DNA from: Myxococcota bacterium
GTDB lineage: Bacteria; Myxococcota_A; Polyangia; Nannocystales; Nannocystaceae
Direction of reading: 5' to 3'
Length of the DNA stretch: 64,000 nt
NCBI GenBank assembly: GCA_039028615.1
Contig: JBCCHT010000001.1
Coordinates: forward strand, 192,001-256,000
Shown here: positions 47,325-57,256 of the stretch, in pieces
Numbering within the stretch: position 1 is the first letter of the stretch
Layout: the number at the start of each line of letters is the position of its first letter
Notes under the pieces: model-generated
What the model was told of the DNA's origin: nothing
Database searches by the model: none
The model's input: the letters and a program-made list of their open reading frames with translations, nothing else
Program-made: the position numbers and the translations under genes

Positions 47325-49301
47325 ATGCCCGTCGAGCATCAGCCACCACCCGGATTCGTAGACCTGAGAGGCCAGCGGTTCCGCGACCGCCATGCCATCA
47401 CCGAGGTCGTCGGCGCGGGCGACTTTCACGTCGTGTTCGGCGGTCGCGATGAAGAGCGAGACCGCGACGTGGTGCTCCAGGTGATGCAGCCGCCCCGGCT
47501 CCAAGATCCGAAGACGGTGGAGCGATTCGAGCGCAGGCGGAGTGCCGCCCAGCGGGTGAACCATCCCCGGGTCGTCCGTCCGCACGACGGCGGTGAGCTG
47601 TTCGACGGCAAGCTCTTCGCGGCCTCGGACCGGCCGCCGGGGGTCCCGCTCGACGTCCACCTCGGCACGATCGAAGGTGGGGTCGTGCCATGGGCCCTGG
47701 CTCGCCCCTTGCTGCTCGACCTCATGGGCGGACTGCTCGCGATTCACCGCCGCAAGCTCGTGCACGGTCGCATTCGGCCGGGGTGCTGCTGGGTGGAGCC
47801 GCGTACCGGCGCTGCGCCGCGGCTGCGACTGCTCGATCTGGGCTTCAACGTCAGCCCCGAAGACCACGAGGACATCGAGGCACGCACGGGGACCTCCGCC
47901 CTCGGCAACGACGCACTCTACATGGCGCCGGAGTCGATCACCGGGCAGCTGGGGCCGCCCGCGGGCGACGTGTACCTCGCGGGGCTCGTAGCGTACACGC
48001 TCCTGTCGGGTCGCCCTCCCTTTCACGGCGCCAACTCGTTTCGCCTCGCGTCGATGCACCTGAACTCGGAGCCCGCAAAGTTGAGCGAGCGGGCCGAGGG
48101 TGTCGACGAGCAAGTCGCCGAGCTCGTGGCGCGCATGCTCGCCAAGGCCCCCGAAGATCGCCCTGCCCCGCAGGAGGTCATCGATTTCCTCGAGGCCAAG
48201 AAGGACGACGCCGAACCGCCGCCCGAGCTGCTGGTGGGAGGTGAAGGTCGAGGTCGCCGCGGACGGGGTCGAGGTCGCGGGCAAGGCCGACGCGAGCGAG
48301 CGGCAGCAGCGGGCCGCAGTGGCTCTTCACGAGACCGCATCGCCGCTCGACTCGGCGAAGAGGCGCCCAAACCTGCTTCGCGCGAAGCAGCGGTCGACCA
48401 AGCACCTGCACCCGAGACGCCGGACTCGGGCCCTTCGCGCGCCTCGACTCCGCCCTCGCCCGCCCCCCTGACTTCGGCGGTGCCCACTCCCGCCGCTCCG
48501 GCTCCATCGACGCCTGCCCCAGCCCCCGTCGCTCGACCTGCGCCCACTCCCGTTCCTCCCGCCGTCGCGCCGACGCCTGTGGCCAGGCCCGCCCCGGCAA
48601 CTCCCGCGCGAGCCCCGGTCGCGCCAGCGCCGAAACCTGCTCCCGTTGCCCCCACGGCCACTCCCGCGCCTGTTCGTCCGGCTGCGGTCCCCCCCTCGCC
48701 ACCGGTCGCGACACCTCCGCCCGCCGTCCCCGCGGAGGCGATTGCGAGCCCGCCATTGGCCAGCCCGCCTGGCGTCACGCCGCCCGCCCAGGCAACCGCG
48801 TCACCCGATGACAATGCAGCCACCGAGCTCATCGACGTACACGCGCTCAGGAAGCCAGCGAGCCCTGCCCCTGCGCCCCGCAACGAAGCCGACGCGGCGG
48901 CTGCGACGGAGAGCGGCACGACCCTGTTCAGCCGCGAGGACTTCCGAGCCGCTCTGACCAGTGAAGCCGGCCCCGCCGACGCTCCTGCTCCGCCGCCCGC
49001 CCCTGCCCCGGTCGCCCCGAATCCGCCCGGAGAACAGCCCACCTCGGTGCTCGATCTCCAACAGATGAACTTTGCTCCGCCCGCCGCCGAGCCACGACCC
49101 GCCGCGCCGATTCAGCCGAACGTGGCCCCGGCTGCCCCCGCCGTGGGCATGCCTGCCGCCCCGGCGGCGCCGATGCAGCCCCCGCCTCCCGCCGCAAACG
49201 TGCACAGCCCCGCGCCTGGAGGCTCCCGCGTCGGCCTCATCATCGCGGGTGTCTTGGTGCTCGTAGCAGCGATCGCCGCCGGGCTATTCCTCGCCCAGTA
49301 G
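47325..49301 (+). CDS. Ser/Thr kinase-like protein (probable pseudokinase) with Pro/Ala-rich tail and C-terminal TM
   Basis: Kinase scaffold (YMAPE, LSGRPPF) but VVLQ for VAxK and HGRIRPG for HRDxKP. Confidence 0.8.
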   Translation: MPVEHQPPPGFVDLRGQRFRDRHAITEVVGAGDFHVVFGGRDEERDRDVVLQVMQPPRLQDPKTVERFERRRSAAQRVNHPRVVRPHDGGELFDGKLFAASDRPPGVPLDVHLGTIEGGVVPWALARPLLLDLMGGLLAIHRRKLVHGRIRPGCCWVEPRTGAAPRLRLLDLGFNVSPEDHEDIEARTGTSALGNDALYMAPESITGQLGPPAGDVYLAGLVAYTLLSGRPPFHGANSFRLASMHLNSEPAKLSERAEGVDEQVAELVARMLAKAPEDRPAPQEVIDFLEAKKDDAEPPPELLVGGEGRGRRGRGRGRGQGRRERAAAAGRSGSSRDRIAARLGEEAPKPASREAAVDQAPAPETPDSGPSRASTPPSPAPLTSAVPTPAAPAPSTPAPAPVARPAPTPVPPAVAPTPVARPAPATPARAPVAPAPKPAPVAPTATPAPVRPAAVPPSPPVATPPPAVPAEAIASPPLASPPGVTPPAQATASPDDNAATELIDVHALRKPASPAPAPRNEADAAAATESGTTLFSREDFRAALTSEAGPADAPAPPPAPAPVAPNPPGEQPTSVLDLQQMNFAPPAAEPRPAAPIQPNVAPAAPAVGMPAAPAAPMQPPPPAANVHSPAPGGSRVGLIIAGVLVLVAAIAAGLFLAQ

Positions 49302-49329
49302 CACCAGACGAGGACCGTTCCGCGTCGCT

Positions 49330-50697
49330 TCAGTTCGCCTCGAGGTACGCCACTTCCCCGGCATCCCGGAGGGCTACAACGATATCGAGGCGATTACTGA
49401 GATCCATGTCAGCGATGGCGATGTCGGAGATCAGGCCCGTACCCGCCACAAAAACCTCGAAATCGCTGGAGTCGAAGTTCCCGGGGCCATTCGCCCGCCA
49501 CACTACGACGTCACCGTTGGCGCCCGCGACGATGTCGATGTCTCCGTCGCAGTCGAGATCGGCAGCTCGTACCACGGTCTGCGTGCTCGTATACGGCAAC
49601 GAGATCGGGTCCGAGAAGCCCCCGTCGCCATCGCCGAAGAACAACTGCAACGGGACCGAACCAACCCCCGTATGCCCCAAGACGAGGTCGTCCACGCCAT
49701 CTCCATCGAGATCGGCACTGGCGACTCCCCACGGGTCGCCCGTCGACTCGACCGTCGCCGTCGAGAATGCGGGAGACCCCGGCGTGCTCTCGTTGAACAC
49801 GATGTCCACGAAATCCGGGCCCGCGATCCCTGCGGCCGGATCCGTGCGAGGCAATGCGAGGTCGAGCTGCGTGTCTCCGTTGAAGTCTCCGGTGGTCATG
49901 ATCTGGGCATTGCGACCCGCATCGATCAGCTGCGCCAGACCATTCACGCTCACAATGGGATCTTCGATCACATCGACGGTCCCCGTCACCCCGTTGAAGC
50001 CTGCCGCGAGCACGAGTTCATCGTTCGAGTCGCCCAGGATATCGGCGAGCAAAATCGACTGGCCCGACGCCCCCATGATGACTCCGCCGGACAGCTGCAT
50101 GACCGAGTTCATCGACTCCGGATCGGGGCCGTAGATCTGCCACTGCTGCTGCCCCAAGACCGCCAACTCCGAAGGCGGCGAGCCGTTGATCTCTCCGATC
50201 GCGACGCTGCTCGCTCCATCGATCGAGGTGATCGGATCTGCGATCTGAAACCCCGAGAGGATGCCCTGCCCCCGCAGGATGTCGATCCGGGGCTCGTTGT
50301 CATCGTTGGCGACCGCGATGTCCGGATCATCGTCGTTGCCCACAAAGGAGCCCGTTGCCAGGACCGCCGGAGCACCGCCCACCGTGAACACGTCGGGAGG
50401 GTCGAACACGAACTCCGCCCGGGGCAACCCGCAGAAATCCTGAGGTTCGCCGGTCGAGCTTCCCTCGTCCGTCGAGTCGGCCCCAGTGCTTCCCGTGGAG
50501 GTCGCATCCCCGGTGCCCTCGGTGGCCGTCGACCCGGGCCCGGAGTCACTGGGCTCCGTGGTCGCGTCGTCCGTCGCCGGGCTCGCGCTGGTGTCCGTGC
50601 TCGCCGAGCCAGTAGACGTCTGCGCGGGTAGTGCGGGCGGGCTGGGCAGGCAGCCCGCGCCCGGCACGAGGAAAAGAAGCCAAGGTCGAAGATTCAT
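49330..50697 (-). CDS. FG-GAP/VCBS repeat lipoprotein
   Basis: Lipobox GAGC; GDFNGDTQLDL, ADLDGDGVDDL, ADLDCDGDIDI. Confidence 0.88.
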   Translation of the reverse strand: MNLRPWLLFLVPGAGCLPSPPALPAQTSTGSASTDTSASPATDDATTEPSDSGPGSTATEGTGDATSTGSTGADSTDEGSSTGEPQDFCGLPRAEFVFDPPDVFTVGGAPAVLATGSFVGNDDDPDIAVANDDNEPRIDILRGQGILSGFQIADPITSIDGASSVAIGEINGSPPSELAVLGQQQWQIYGPDPESMNSVMQLSGGVIMGASGQSILLADILGDSNDELVLAAGFNGVTGTVDVIEDPIVSVNGLAQLIDAGRNAQIMTTGDFNGDTQLDLALPRTDPAAGIAGPDFVDIVFNESTPGSPAFSTATVESTGDPWGVASADLDGDGVDDLVLGHTGVGSVPLQLFFGDGDGGFSDPISLPYTSTQTVVRAADLDCDGDIDIVAGANGDVVVWRANGPGNFDSSDFEVFVAGTGLISDIAIADMDLSNRLDIVVALRDAGEVAYLEAN

Positions 50698-50725
50698 CGC
50701 AGAGAATCCAAACGAGCGGAGACGA

Positions 50726-52084
50726 TCAGCTCGCCTCGAAGAAGTAGATCGTGCCTTCGTCGAGTACCGTCACCATGAAATCGAGCCGACCGTCCAAGGT
50801 CATGTCGTGCACGACGATGTCGCCGAAGATGTCACCGTCGATTTCCAGCGCGATCGAGTCCTCGGTGGAGAAGCTCCCCTTGCCGTCGCCGGGCAGAATC
50901 TGGATGCCTTGGGTTCCCCCCACCACCAGATCGAGGTTGCCGTCGCAATCGAAGTCGGCGAGCCGCAGCGCCCCTACCCCATCGTCGAAGATGAAGTCGG
51001 GCTGAGCGGCGGGCGTGGCTCCTCGTTGGCCGAGCCAGATGTTGAGCGGGTCGGGCATCCCATCGAACAGCTCCTGCCCCACCGTGCCCACGACGAAGTC
51101 GGCGATGCCGTCACCGTTCAAGTCGCCCGTGTCCACGCCGTAGGTTCGCGGTCCGGCGGGCAACGGAGTTCGATCGAAGCTGGGGGCTCCCGGCCGGCTC
51201 GTGTTGATCAGCACGTCGACGGGCGTCTCCACGGGCGCATCACCGAAGTTGTTGTGAGGCGCGATGATGTCGGCTCGGCCGTCACCATTGACGTCGGCCA
51301 CCGCGATGAAGTTCGAATCGTCGCCGCCGGTGAAGGTGTCCTCGGTCGGCATCCCCAGCAAGTTGCTCACGATGGAGATCTGGGAGACGTCGTCTTCGAG
51401 TCCCGAGTTGACGACCAGCTCGAGGGCATCGTCCCCGAGAACGTCGGCGAGCACATTCCCCCGCGTGCGCTCGAGTCCGACCATGCCGGTCGCGAGCATC
51501 ACCATGGAATCCTCATCCAGCGGATCGGCCTCGTAGACGCTCCAGACGTTGCGATCGAGCGTGACCAGCTCCGGCCGGGAGTCACCGTCGAGGTTGCCCG
51601 CTTCGACACCGCTGGCGTCCTCGACCATCGGGATGGCGTTGGCCGCCACGAACCCCGCCAACTCGCCCTGCCCGCGCATGATGTGTATCAGCGGCGGCTC
51701 CGACTCGCCGTCGGTGTACGCCATGTCCGGCGCGTCATCGCCGATGAAATCCCCCACCGCCAGTTCGAACGGGGAACCGCCGACATCGAGGATCAGCGGC
51801 TTCTCGAAGGCGAGTACCGGCTCGGAGTTGCCACAGAAGTCCATGCCGGTCGTCGTCGACCCTGATTCGTCCCCCGAGGTATCGACTTCGCCCGTGGTGC
51901 TCGTGGTGCCCTCGTCGGTCCCCGCGGTGGTGTCCTGTCCCGGGTTACCGGGGCCCGTGCTCGGGTCGGCCGTCTCGTCGGAGGTCTGGCCGCCGGAACT
52001 CCCTTGCTCGGGGAGCACAGGGGCGTCGACCGGGCAGGCCGTCGCAGCAAGAAATGTGAAGGCAATCGAAGGTCGTAGGTTCAT
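50726..52084 (-). CDS. FG-GAP/VCBS repeat lipoprotein (paralog)
   Basis: Lipobox ATAC; ADVNGDGRADI, GDLNGDGIADF, ADFDCDGNLDL. Confidence 0.88.
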   Translation of the reverse strand: MNLRPSIAFTFLAATACPVDAPVLPEQGSSGGQTSDETADPSTGPGNPGQDTTAGTDEGTTSTTGEVDTSGDESGSTTTGMDFCGNSEPVLAFEKPLILDVGGSPFELAVGDFIGDDAPDMAYTDGESEPPLIHIMRGQGELAGFVAANAIPMVEDASGVEAGNLDGDSRPELVTLDRNVWSVYEADPLDEDSMVMLATGMVGLERTRGNVLADVLGDDALELVVNSGLEDDVSQISIVSNLLGMPTEDTFTGGDDSNFIAVADVNGDGRADIIAPHNNFGDAPVETPVDVLINTSRPGAPSFDRTPLPAGPRTYGVDTGDLNGDGIADFVVGTVGQELFDGMPDPLNIWLGQRGATPAAQPDFIFDDGVGALRLADFDCDGNLDLVVGGTQGIQILPGDGKGSFSTEDSIALEIDGDIFGDIVVHDMTLDGRLDFMVTVLDEGTIYFFEAS

Positions 52085-52095
52085 CGATGTTCTCG

Positions 52096-53067
52096 TCAGA
52101 AGTTCAAGCGCACGGTTAGGCCCAGTCGGTCCCGAGACGCCATGGGAAACGCAATGGCCGCCCGTGCATCGGAGCCACCGCTATTTTTTTTGAGCCGAAT
52201 CGCCCCCCACGCGGTGAGCCCGACTCCGGCGGCGGCCAGGACCGCGCCGCCGGCAATGAGGCCCAACGACAGGCCGCGCCACTGGCTCTCCCAATCGGTG
52301 AGCTGAGCCTCGTAATTCGAACGGACGTCATCGGTGAACGACCCCGCATCGAGGGCTGCCCGCTGCGCCTGCACGCGGTCGTCGAGCTGCGACAAGTTCC
52401 ATGCCCCACCACCGATGAGGCCCGCGCCTCCGACCAGCGAGACGATGCCCACCGAGAGGATGGCAATGTCGGCCTTCTTGTTGCCGGGCTCGGCCGGCTG
52501 CGCGGGCTCTTGCTCGGGTTCCGGCTCCGGCTCGGGCTCGGGCTGTGCCTCGACCGGCTCTTGTGCGGCGGGCTCCGGCTCGGGCTCCGCGGCGGGTTGG
52601 GCCGCCTTCATCTGGTCGAGCAGCTTCCGCAGCTTGCCCTGCTCGATGAGCAACCCGCCCGGCACCGCATCCGCCGTGCCCGCTTCGTGGGCTTGCGCCC
52701 GGGAGGCGACCGCTTCGTCGACCAGCGCGAGGTTCTCCTCGACCAACCCGATGTCATCGGGGTTGCTCTGCCGGGCTTGCCGATAGTCCGCCAGCGCGTT
52801 GTCCACCGTGATCTCACCGGTGAGCCCCACCCGCTCCTCGTCGGACAGAGCGCGATACGCCGCGGCGTACGAGCGCGCGGACTCGACGAAGTTGCCCGCC
52901 TCGCGTTGCTTCTCGGCCCGACTCATCAGCTCGTCGAACCCGCCGGCACTCGGCCCCACCATGGCGGCCATGACCGTCGACGGCGAGACGACGGTGACGG
53001 GCGCTGCCACGAGCGAGGCAGCCACTACCGAGGAAAGGGAGGTCCGACGGATCGTTGAGTCGAGCAT
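52096..53067 (-). CDS. Secreted TPR-like protein with Pro/Glu linker and C-terminal Gly-rich hydrophobic helices
   Basis: Signal-like N-term; GNFVESARSYAAAY; EPEPEP linker; two hydrophobic segments; ends GLTVRLNF. Confidence 0.7.
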   Translation of the reverse strand: MLDSTIRRTSLSSVVAASLVAAPVTVVSPSTVMAAMVGPSAGGFDELMSRAEKQREAGNFVESARSYAAAYRALSDEERVGLTGEITVDNALADYRQARQSNPDDIGLVEENLALVDEAVASRAQAHEAGTADAVPGGLLIEQGKLRKLLDQMKAAQPAAEPEPEPAAQEPVEAQPEPEPEPEPEQEPAQPAEPGNKKADIAILSVGIVSLVGGAGLIGGGAWNLSQLDDRVQAQRAALDAGSFTDDVRSNYEAQLTDWESQWRGLSLGLIAGGAVLAAAGVGLTAWGAIRLKKNSGGSDARAAIAFPMASRDRLGLTVRLNF

Positions 53068-53071
53068 GGTC

Positions 53072-54835
53072 TCAGTTCACGGTGAGGACCGTGGGGGTCT
53101 GCTTGTCGCGCGTACGGAAGCGTGCGCTCTGCACGACCACCTTCGCGCATTGGCCCGCGGGGCCGCTCGGGCTGGGGCTCACGTGGTTGGCGGTACCGTC
53201 GGGCATCACGAAGAACTTCACCTTGACGCGCTGGCCGGCCAGCAGCTTCTCGCAACGGCCGGCGATCTTGCGCTGGAGCTTCTTGATGACCCCCGCATCG
53301 GGAGGCGGACCGGCGGGCTTCTTCGCCTTTTTCTTCGGCTTCGGCGTGGCCGGGGTCGGCTCCGCTTCGACCGGTTCGGCCTCTGGCTCGTCGTCCTCGA
53401 TGACCACCTCGTCGTCGGGCTCGCCTTCGGTCGGCTCGGCTTCGTCCTCGGCGGCCGCGGCTGCTTCTGGAGCGGGCTCGGCCTCCACCACCGGCTCGGC
53501 CGGGGCCGGCTCGGGCGCCGCGACCTTCGGCTCGGCGGGCGTTGCCTCGGCCTTGGCCGGCTCGGGTGCGGCCGCGACCGTGCCCGCGTTCGAATCGGCA
53601 CCCCCCTCGAGCAGCTGCGGCACGACGATGGCGGCCGCGATCACCAGGACCGCGATACCGAACAGCCAGGGCCAGGGACTGCCGCGCTTGGCCTGAGGCT
53701 CGAAGGACGCCACCCCCGAGTGCGCGGGCATCGGGGTCGGCATCGCCCCCGGCGTCGCGACGACCGTCGCCGGGCTCGCCGGAGCGACGACCGGGGTCGC
53801 CGGGGAGTCCTGCAGCATCTGTGTGGCTGGGGTGACCGGAGCAGGCTGCGGTCGCGGGTTGGTCATCGACGACGACGACGCACTGCTGACCAAGATCGCC
53901 GCCGCCCCCGAGCCCCCCATCAGCTGCGTGGTGTTGTCGTCGGGAGCCAGTGCCAAGGCACGCTCGCGAACCTCGGCCATGTCGGCGGGGCGGTCCACGG
54001 GTTCCTTGGCCAACATCGCCAGCACGAACTTCTCCACGTCGTGCGGGACGTCGGGCACGTGCTCTCGTATGGGAGGCACCTCGTCGAAGCACGCCCGTCG
54101 CAACACCTCGAAGGTCGTGCCCCCGGAAAACGGAACCGTCCCCGCCAGCATCCGATAGGCCAAGACCCCCAGCGAGTAGATGTCCGACTTGGGGCCCGCG
54201 GGCGCGTCGGTGCGCACCAGCTCGGGCGCGATGTAGCTCGGCGTGCCCAAGACTTGGGCCGTCCCCGTCAGCTGGTTGGTCTCGCCGCCGTCTTCCACCT
54301 TGGCGATGCCGAAGTCGACGAGCTTGACCAGCGGGTCGCCGTCTTCATCGGTGAGGAAGCAGTTCGCGGGCTTGATGTCGCGGTGCACCACCCCACAGCC
54401 GTGGGCCGCCTTGAGGCCGGTCGCCGTCTGAATGAGCAGTTCGCGGGCCACCGCCCACGACAACCGATTCTCGGGCTGCGAACGCAGCAGCTGATCGAGG
54501 TCCTGCCCCTTCAGGAACTCCATGACCGAGTACACGAGGCCGTCGGCCGTCTCGCCGTAGTCGAGGATCTCGACCACGTTGCGGTGCCGGATCTTCGAGG
54601 CCGCCTTCGCCTCCCGCAAGAACCGCTTGACGTACTGCTCGTGGCCCGAGAACACGGGCGGGAGGATCTTGATCGCGACCATGCGATCGAGTCGCAGGTG
54701 CTTCGCCCGAAACACCGCCCCCATTCCGCCTGCGCCCAGGATCTCGCCCAACTCGTAGCGCTCCTCCAACACCGCGCCGCTGAGATTGGCGAGGCTGGCG
54801 GGGAGCGATTGCTCTTGAGCAGAAGCGTCGGTCAT
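53072..54835 (-). CDS. Membrane Ser/Thr kinase with C-terminal AgmX/TonB-C-like domain
   Basis: LGAGGMG, VAIK, HRDIKPAN, DFG, GTPSYIAPE; TM; VKVKFFVMPDG...GQCAKVVVQSARF. Confidence 0.93.
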   Translation of the reverse strand: MTDASAQEQSLPASLANLSGAVLEERYELGEILGAGGMGAVFRAKHLRLDRMVAIKILPPVFSGHEQYVKRFLREAKAASKIRHRNVVEILDYGETADGLVYSVMEFLKGQDLDQLLRSQPENRLSWAVARELLIQTATGLKAAHGCGVVHRDIKPANCFLTDEDGDPLVKLVDFGIAKVEDGGETNQLTGTAQVLGTPSYIAPELVRTDAPAGPKSDIYSLGVLAYRMLAGTVPFSGGTTFEVLRRACFDEVPPIREHVPDVPHDVEKFVLAMLAKEPVDRPADMAEVRERALALAPDDNTTQLMGGSGAAAILVSSASSSSMTNPRPQPAPVTPATQMLQDSPATPVVAPASPATVVATPGAMPTPMPAHSGVASFEPQAKRGSPWPWLFGIAVLVIAAAIVVPQLLEGGADSNAGTVAAAPEPAKAEATPAEPKVAAPEPAPAEPVVEAEPAPEAAAAAEDEAEPTEGEPDDEVVIEDDEPEAEPVEAEPTPATPKPKKKAKKPAGPPPDAGVIKKLQRKIAGRCEKLLAGQRVKVKFFVMPDGTANHVSPSPSGPAGQCAKVVVQSARFRTRDKQTPTVLTVN

Positions 54836-55350
54836 GGTGTCGAGCCCCGGAGTTTATCCTGGCGAATCCCTCTCACGATGACCGGTGGACACGCAACTGC
54901 GAGTCGAGCCCACGCGTAGAGTCACCTCGAAGGCCATTGCCGCGGCTCCGCGTGGGGCAAGATTACCCGTCGGAGGGTCCCCACGAAAACCCACGAGAAG
55001 CGGCGATTGCGCCCGCCTAGAGCCGTACACCGCCGATCGGCGACGCGCGCAGCGATCGACGCGAGGATGATTGAAAACGCCACCGTAGACGCATCGCGAA
55101 ACGGCGCGACGACGGCCGGCTACCTTCGCCGTCCTCGGACCGTGTCGCAACTCGAGGCGTCCGCGCTCGCGTCGCGGGTCTGCCCGTGTTCCGCCACGAG
55201 GCGGCGAATGCTCGATACGCGACGGCGCCCCCCTCGTGAGGCGCGGCGGAGATCCGGCCCCGTGATCGCTCGGCGGGAAGCCTCGCGAGACCCGCGTCCG
55301 CCCCGACTTGCGCCCCGATCCGAAGCCGAACGCTCTGTGAGCCGATGACC

Positions 55351-55384
55351 GAGGCCCACTCCGCCGACGGGCGGAGTGGGCCTC
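55351..55384. terminator. Perfect 15-bp stem-loop downstream of the tRNA-Pro pair (no U-tract)
   Basis: GAGGCCCACTCCGCC-GACG-GGCGGAGTGGGCCTC. Confidence 0.6.
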
Positions 55385-55398
55385 TCATGGTCGTTGGG

Positions 55399-55470
55399 TC
55401 GGGCTGGCCGGGATCGAACCGGCGACCTCTTGCTCCCCGAGCAAGCGCGCTACCGCTGCGCTACAGCCCG
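55399..55470 (-). tRNA. tRNA-Pro(GGG), atypical (C33, no encoded CCA)
   Basis: CGGGCTG...CAGCCCG-A acceptor; CTTGC-TCGGGGA-GCAAG anticodon arm; GGTTCGATCC T-arm. Confidence 0.8.
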
Positions 55471-55474
55471 ATTG

Positions 55475-55548
55475 TCGGCGTGGCAGGATTCGAACCTGCG
55501 ACTTCCTGCGCCCGAGGCAGGAGCCCTAGACCACTGGGCTACACGCCG
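55475..55548 (-). tRNA. tRNA-Pro(CGG), no encoded CCA
   Basis: CGGCGTG...CACGCCG-A acceptor; CCTGC-CTCGGGC-GCAGG anticodon arm; GGTTCGAATCC T-arm. Confidence 0.88.
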
Positions 55549-56474
55549 AAATCGTTGCGGCGTCGAACCGACGCCGCGTTCATCGTCGCCGCGCGAGACC
55601 TTCCACTCGACTCCACTCCGCCACCCAGGCGGAGCACTCAGAGCAGAGGCAAGCGCGGCTACGCTGGGCGTGGGGAGGCGTTCAGGGAGGCTCGCCACAC
55701 CGACGGGTGCGACACGGGGAACAGCAACCGCTGGCCCTCTCGCCGCACGAACCGTGACTGGTGACGAATCTTCATGATGGTCTCTGTATTCTCGATCAAC
55801 GAGTCACTGTCAAGAATGAATTGCACAATTAATTCGACACACATGAACTCAAGATCATACGACTTTCGGAACGAGACAATAGCCTCCCAAACCCCTCCAC
55901 TGGCGAGCGAATGGGCCTTCTCAGCCGAGAACCCAACCCCGCGCAGGCCGATCGAGTGAGACACAAAAGTGTATCGACTCCGCCGCCTGTACGACGTGGA
56001 ACGGCAACCTCCGCAAGCCCCCTTTGGGGAACTACGGATGGCGATCGAGAGTTCACGACGCCGTAGACCGACGAGCACGAGCGTACTGCAGTCGAGAGTC
56101 GTCGCGGTCTCTCGCGATGGACATGCTCGCCGAACTGGCGAGGGGCGCCGGGCGTATGCCTACGGGCGCAGAGCAGGCGGAACCAACGCCATCTCGCGCC
56201 CCGGCATACGCCGGCGCGCCGTTGGCGGGTTCCGCTTCGTGTCTGCGCCACACATGGCCGTCGAAACGTGCCCCACGGATCACCGATCGTCAAGTGAGCA
56301 CCCGCAGACCGCCACCTAGAGGGGTTTGAACGAGAATCCGACTTGGACATACATCGGCTCGCCCGCCCGGCCCCACCGACACAGATCCGACGGGTATGTC
56401 GTCCGTTGAACGAAACACCGCCCGTCGGAGCGACCATCTTCCACGACCCGGGGTGAATCCGGCACGATGACACG

Positions 56475-57242
56475 ATGATCGATCGGCGCACCATCAAGGC
56501 CGCACTGCGGGAGGAGGAGCACGACCGCATCAAGCGTGCGTTCTGGATCGCGGCCGGCATCACCCTCCTGCTCTCGGTCGTGCAACCGTGGGGCCGTCTC
56601 GCGCTCTACCCCTTCGCGTTGCTGGCCACATGGGCCCATGAGCTCGGCCACGGAACCGTGGGCCTGCTCGCCGGAGGCCACTTCGATCACCTCGAGCTGT
56701 ACTCCTCCCTCGGCGGCGTCGCCCATGTCTCGCGCCCCGAGTGGGCGAGCCCGCTCGTCTCCATGGGTGGACTGCTGGGTCCCGCGTTCGCCGGCGCGGC
56801 GTTCATCATCCTCGGGGTTCGCGAGCGCACCGCGACGCTCTCCCTCGCGTGCCTGACGGTCGCAATGGCAGTCTCGACCGCTCTGCTCGTTCGCCCCTTC
56901 ACGAGCTTCGGTTTCATCGCGATGGCCGTCCTCACCGTGAGCGTCGCCGCCTTCACCTGGCGAGCCGATACCTTCTGGCGGTCCGCCGCCTGCCAGTTCT
57001 TGGGCATTCAATTCTGCCTCGGTAGCCTGTCCGATTTCGACTACATGTTCACCGCGTCGTTCGAACGCGACGGAGAGATACGCATCTCCGACTCGGCCAA
57101 GATCGCCGAGCACTGGGGCATGACCTACTGGTTTTGGGGAGCCTTGATCGCGGTCGCGAGCGTCGCGATTCTGCTGACCGCGTACAAGCTCGCTTGGCGC
57201 CGTCAATCGACCACTTGCAATTGGAATGCACCCGCCCGCTGA
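56475..57242 (+). CDS. M50B-like intramembrane metallopeptidase
   Basis: WAHELGHG zinc motif; GGLLGP; SDSAKIA; multiple TM helices. Confidence 0.9.
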   Translation: MIDRRTIKAALREEEHDRIKRAFWIAAGITLLLSVVQPWGRLALYPFALLATWAHELGHGTVGLLAGGHFDHLELYSSLGGVAHVSRPEWASPLVSMGGLLGPAFAGAAFIILGVRERTATLSLACLTVAMAVSTALLVRPFTSFGFIAMAVLTVSVAAFTWRADTFWRSAACQFLGIQFCLGSLSDFDYMFTASFERDGEIRISDSAKIAEHWGMTYWFWGALIAVASVAILLTAYKLAWRRQSTTCNWNAPAR

Positions 57243-57256
57243 ACCGTCCCAAAGAT

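Noticed and set aside
55549..55680. Third tRNA-like element upstream of the Pro pair (GGTTCGA on the minus strand)
   Set aside because: The motif sits within a simple hairpin; no acceptor, D or anticodon arms could be built.
54836..56474. Several 60-240 aa ORFs around the tRNA-Pro genes
   Set aside because: Arg/Ser-rich, motif-free, mutually overlapping, and some cross the tRNAs; treated as non-coding.
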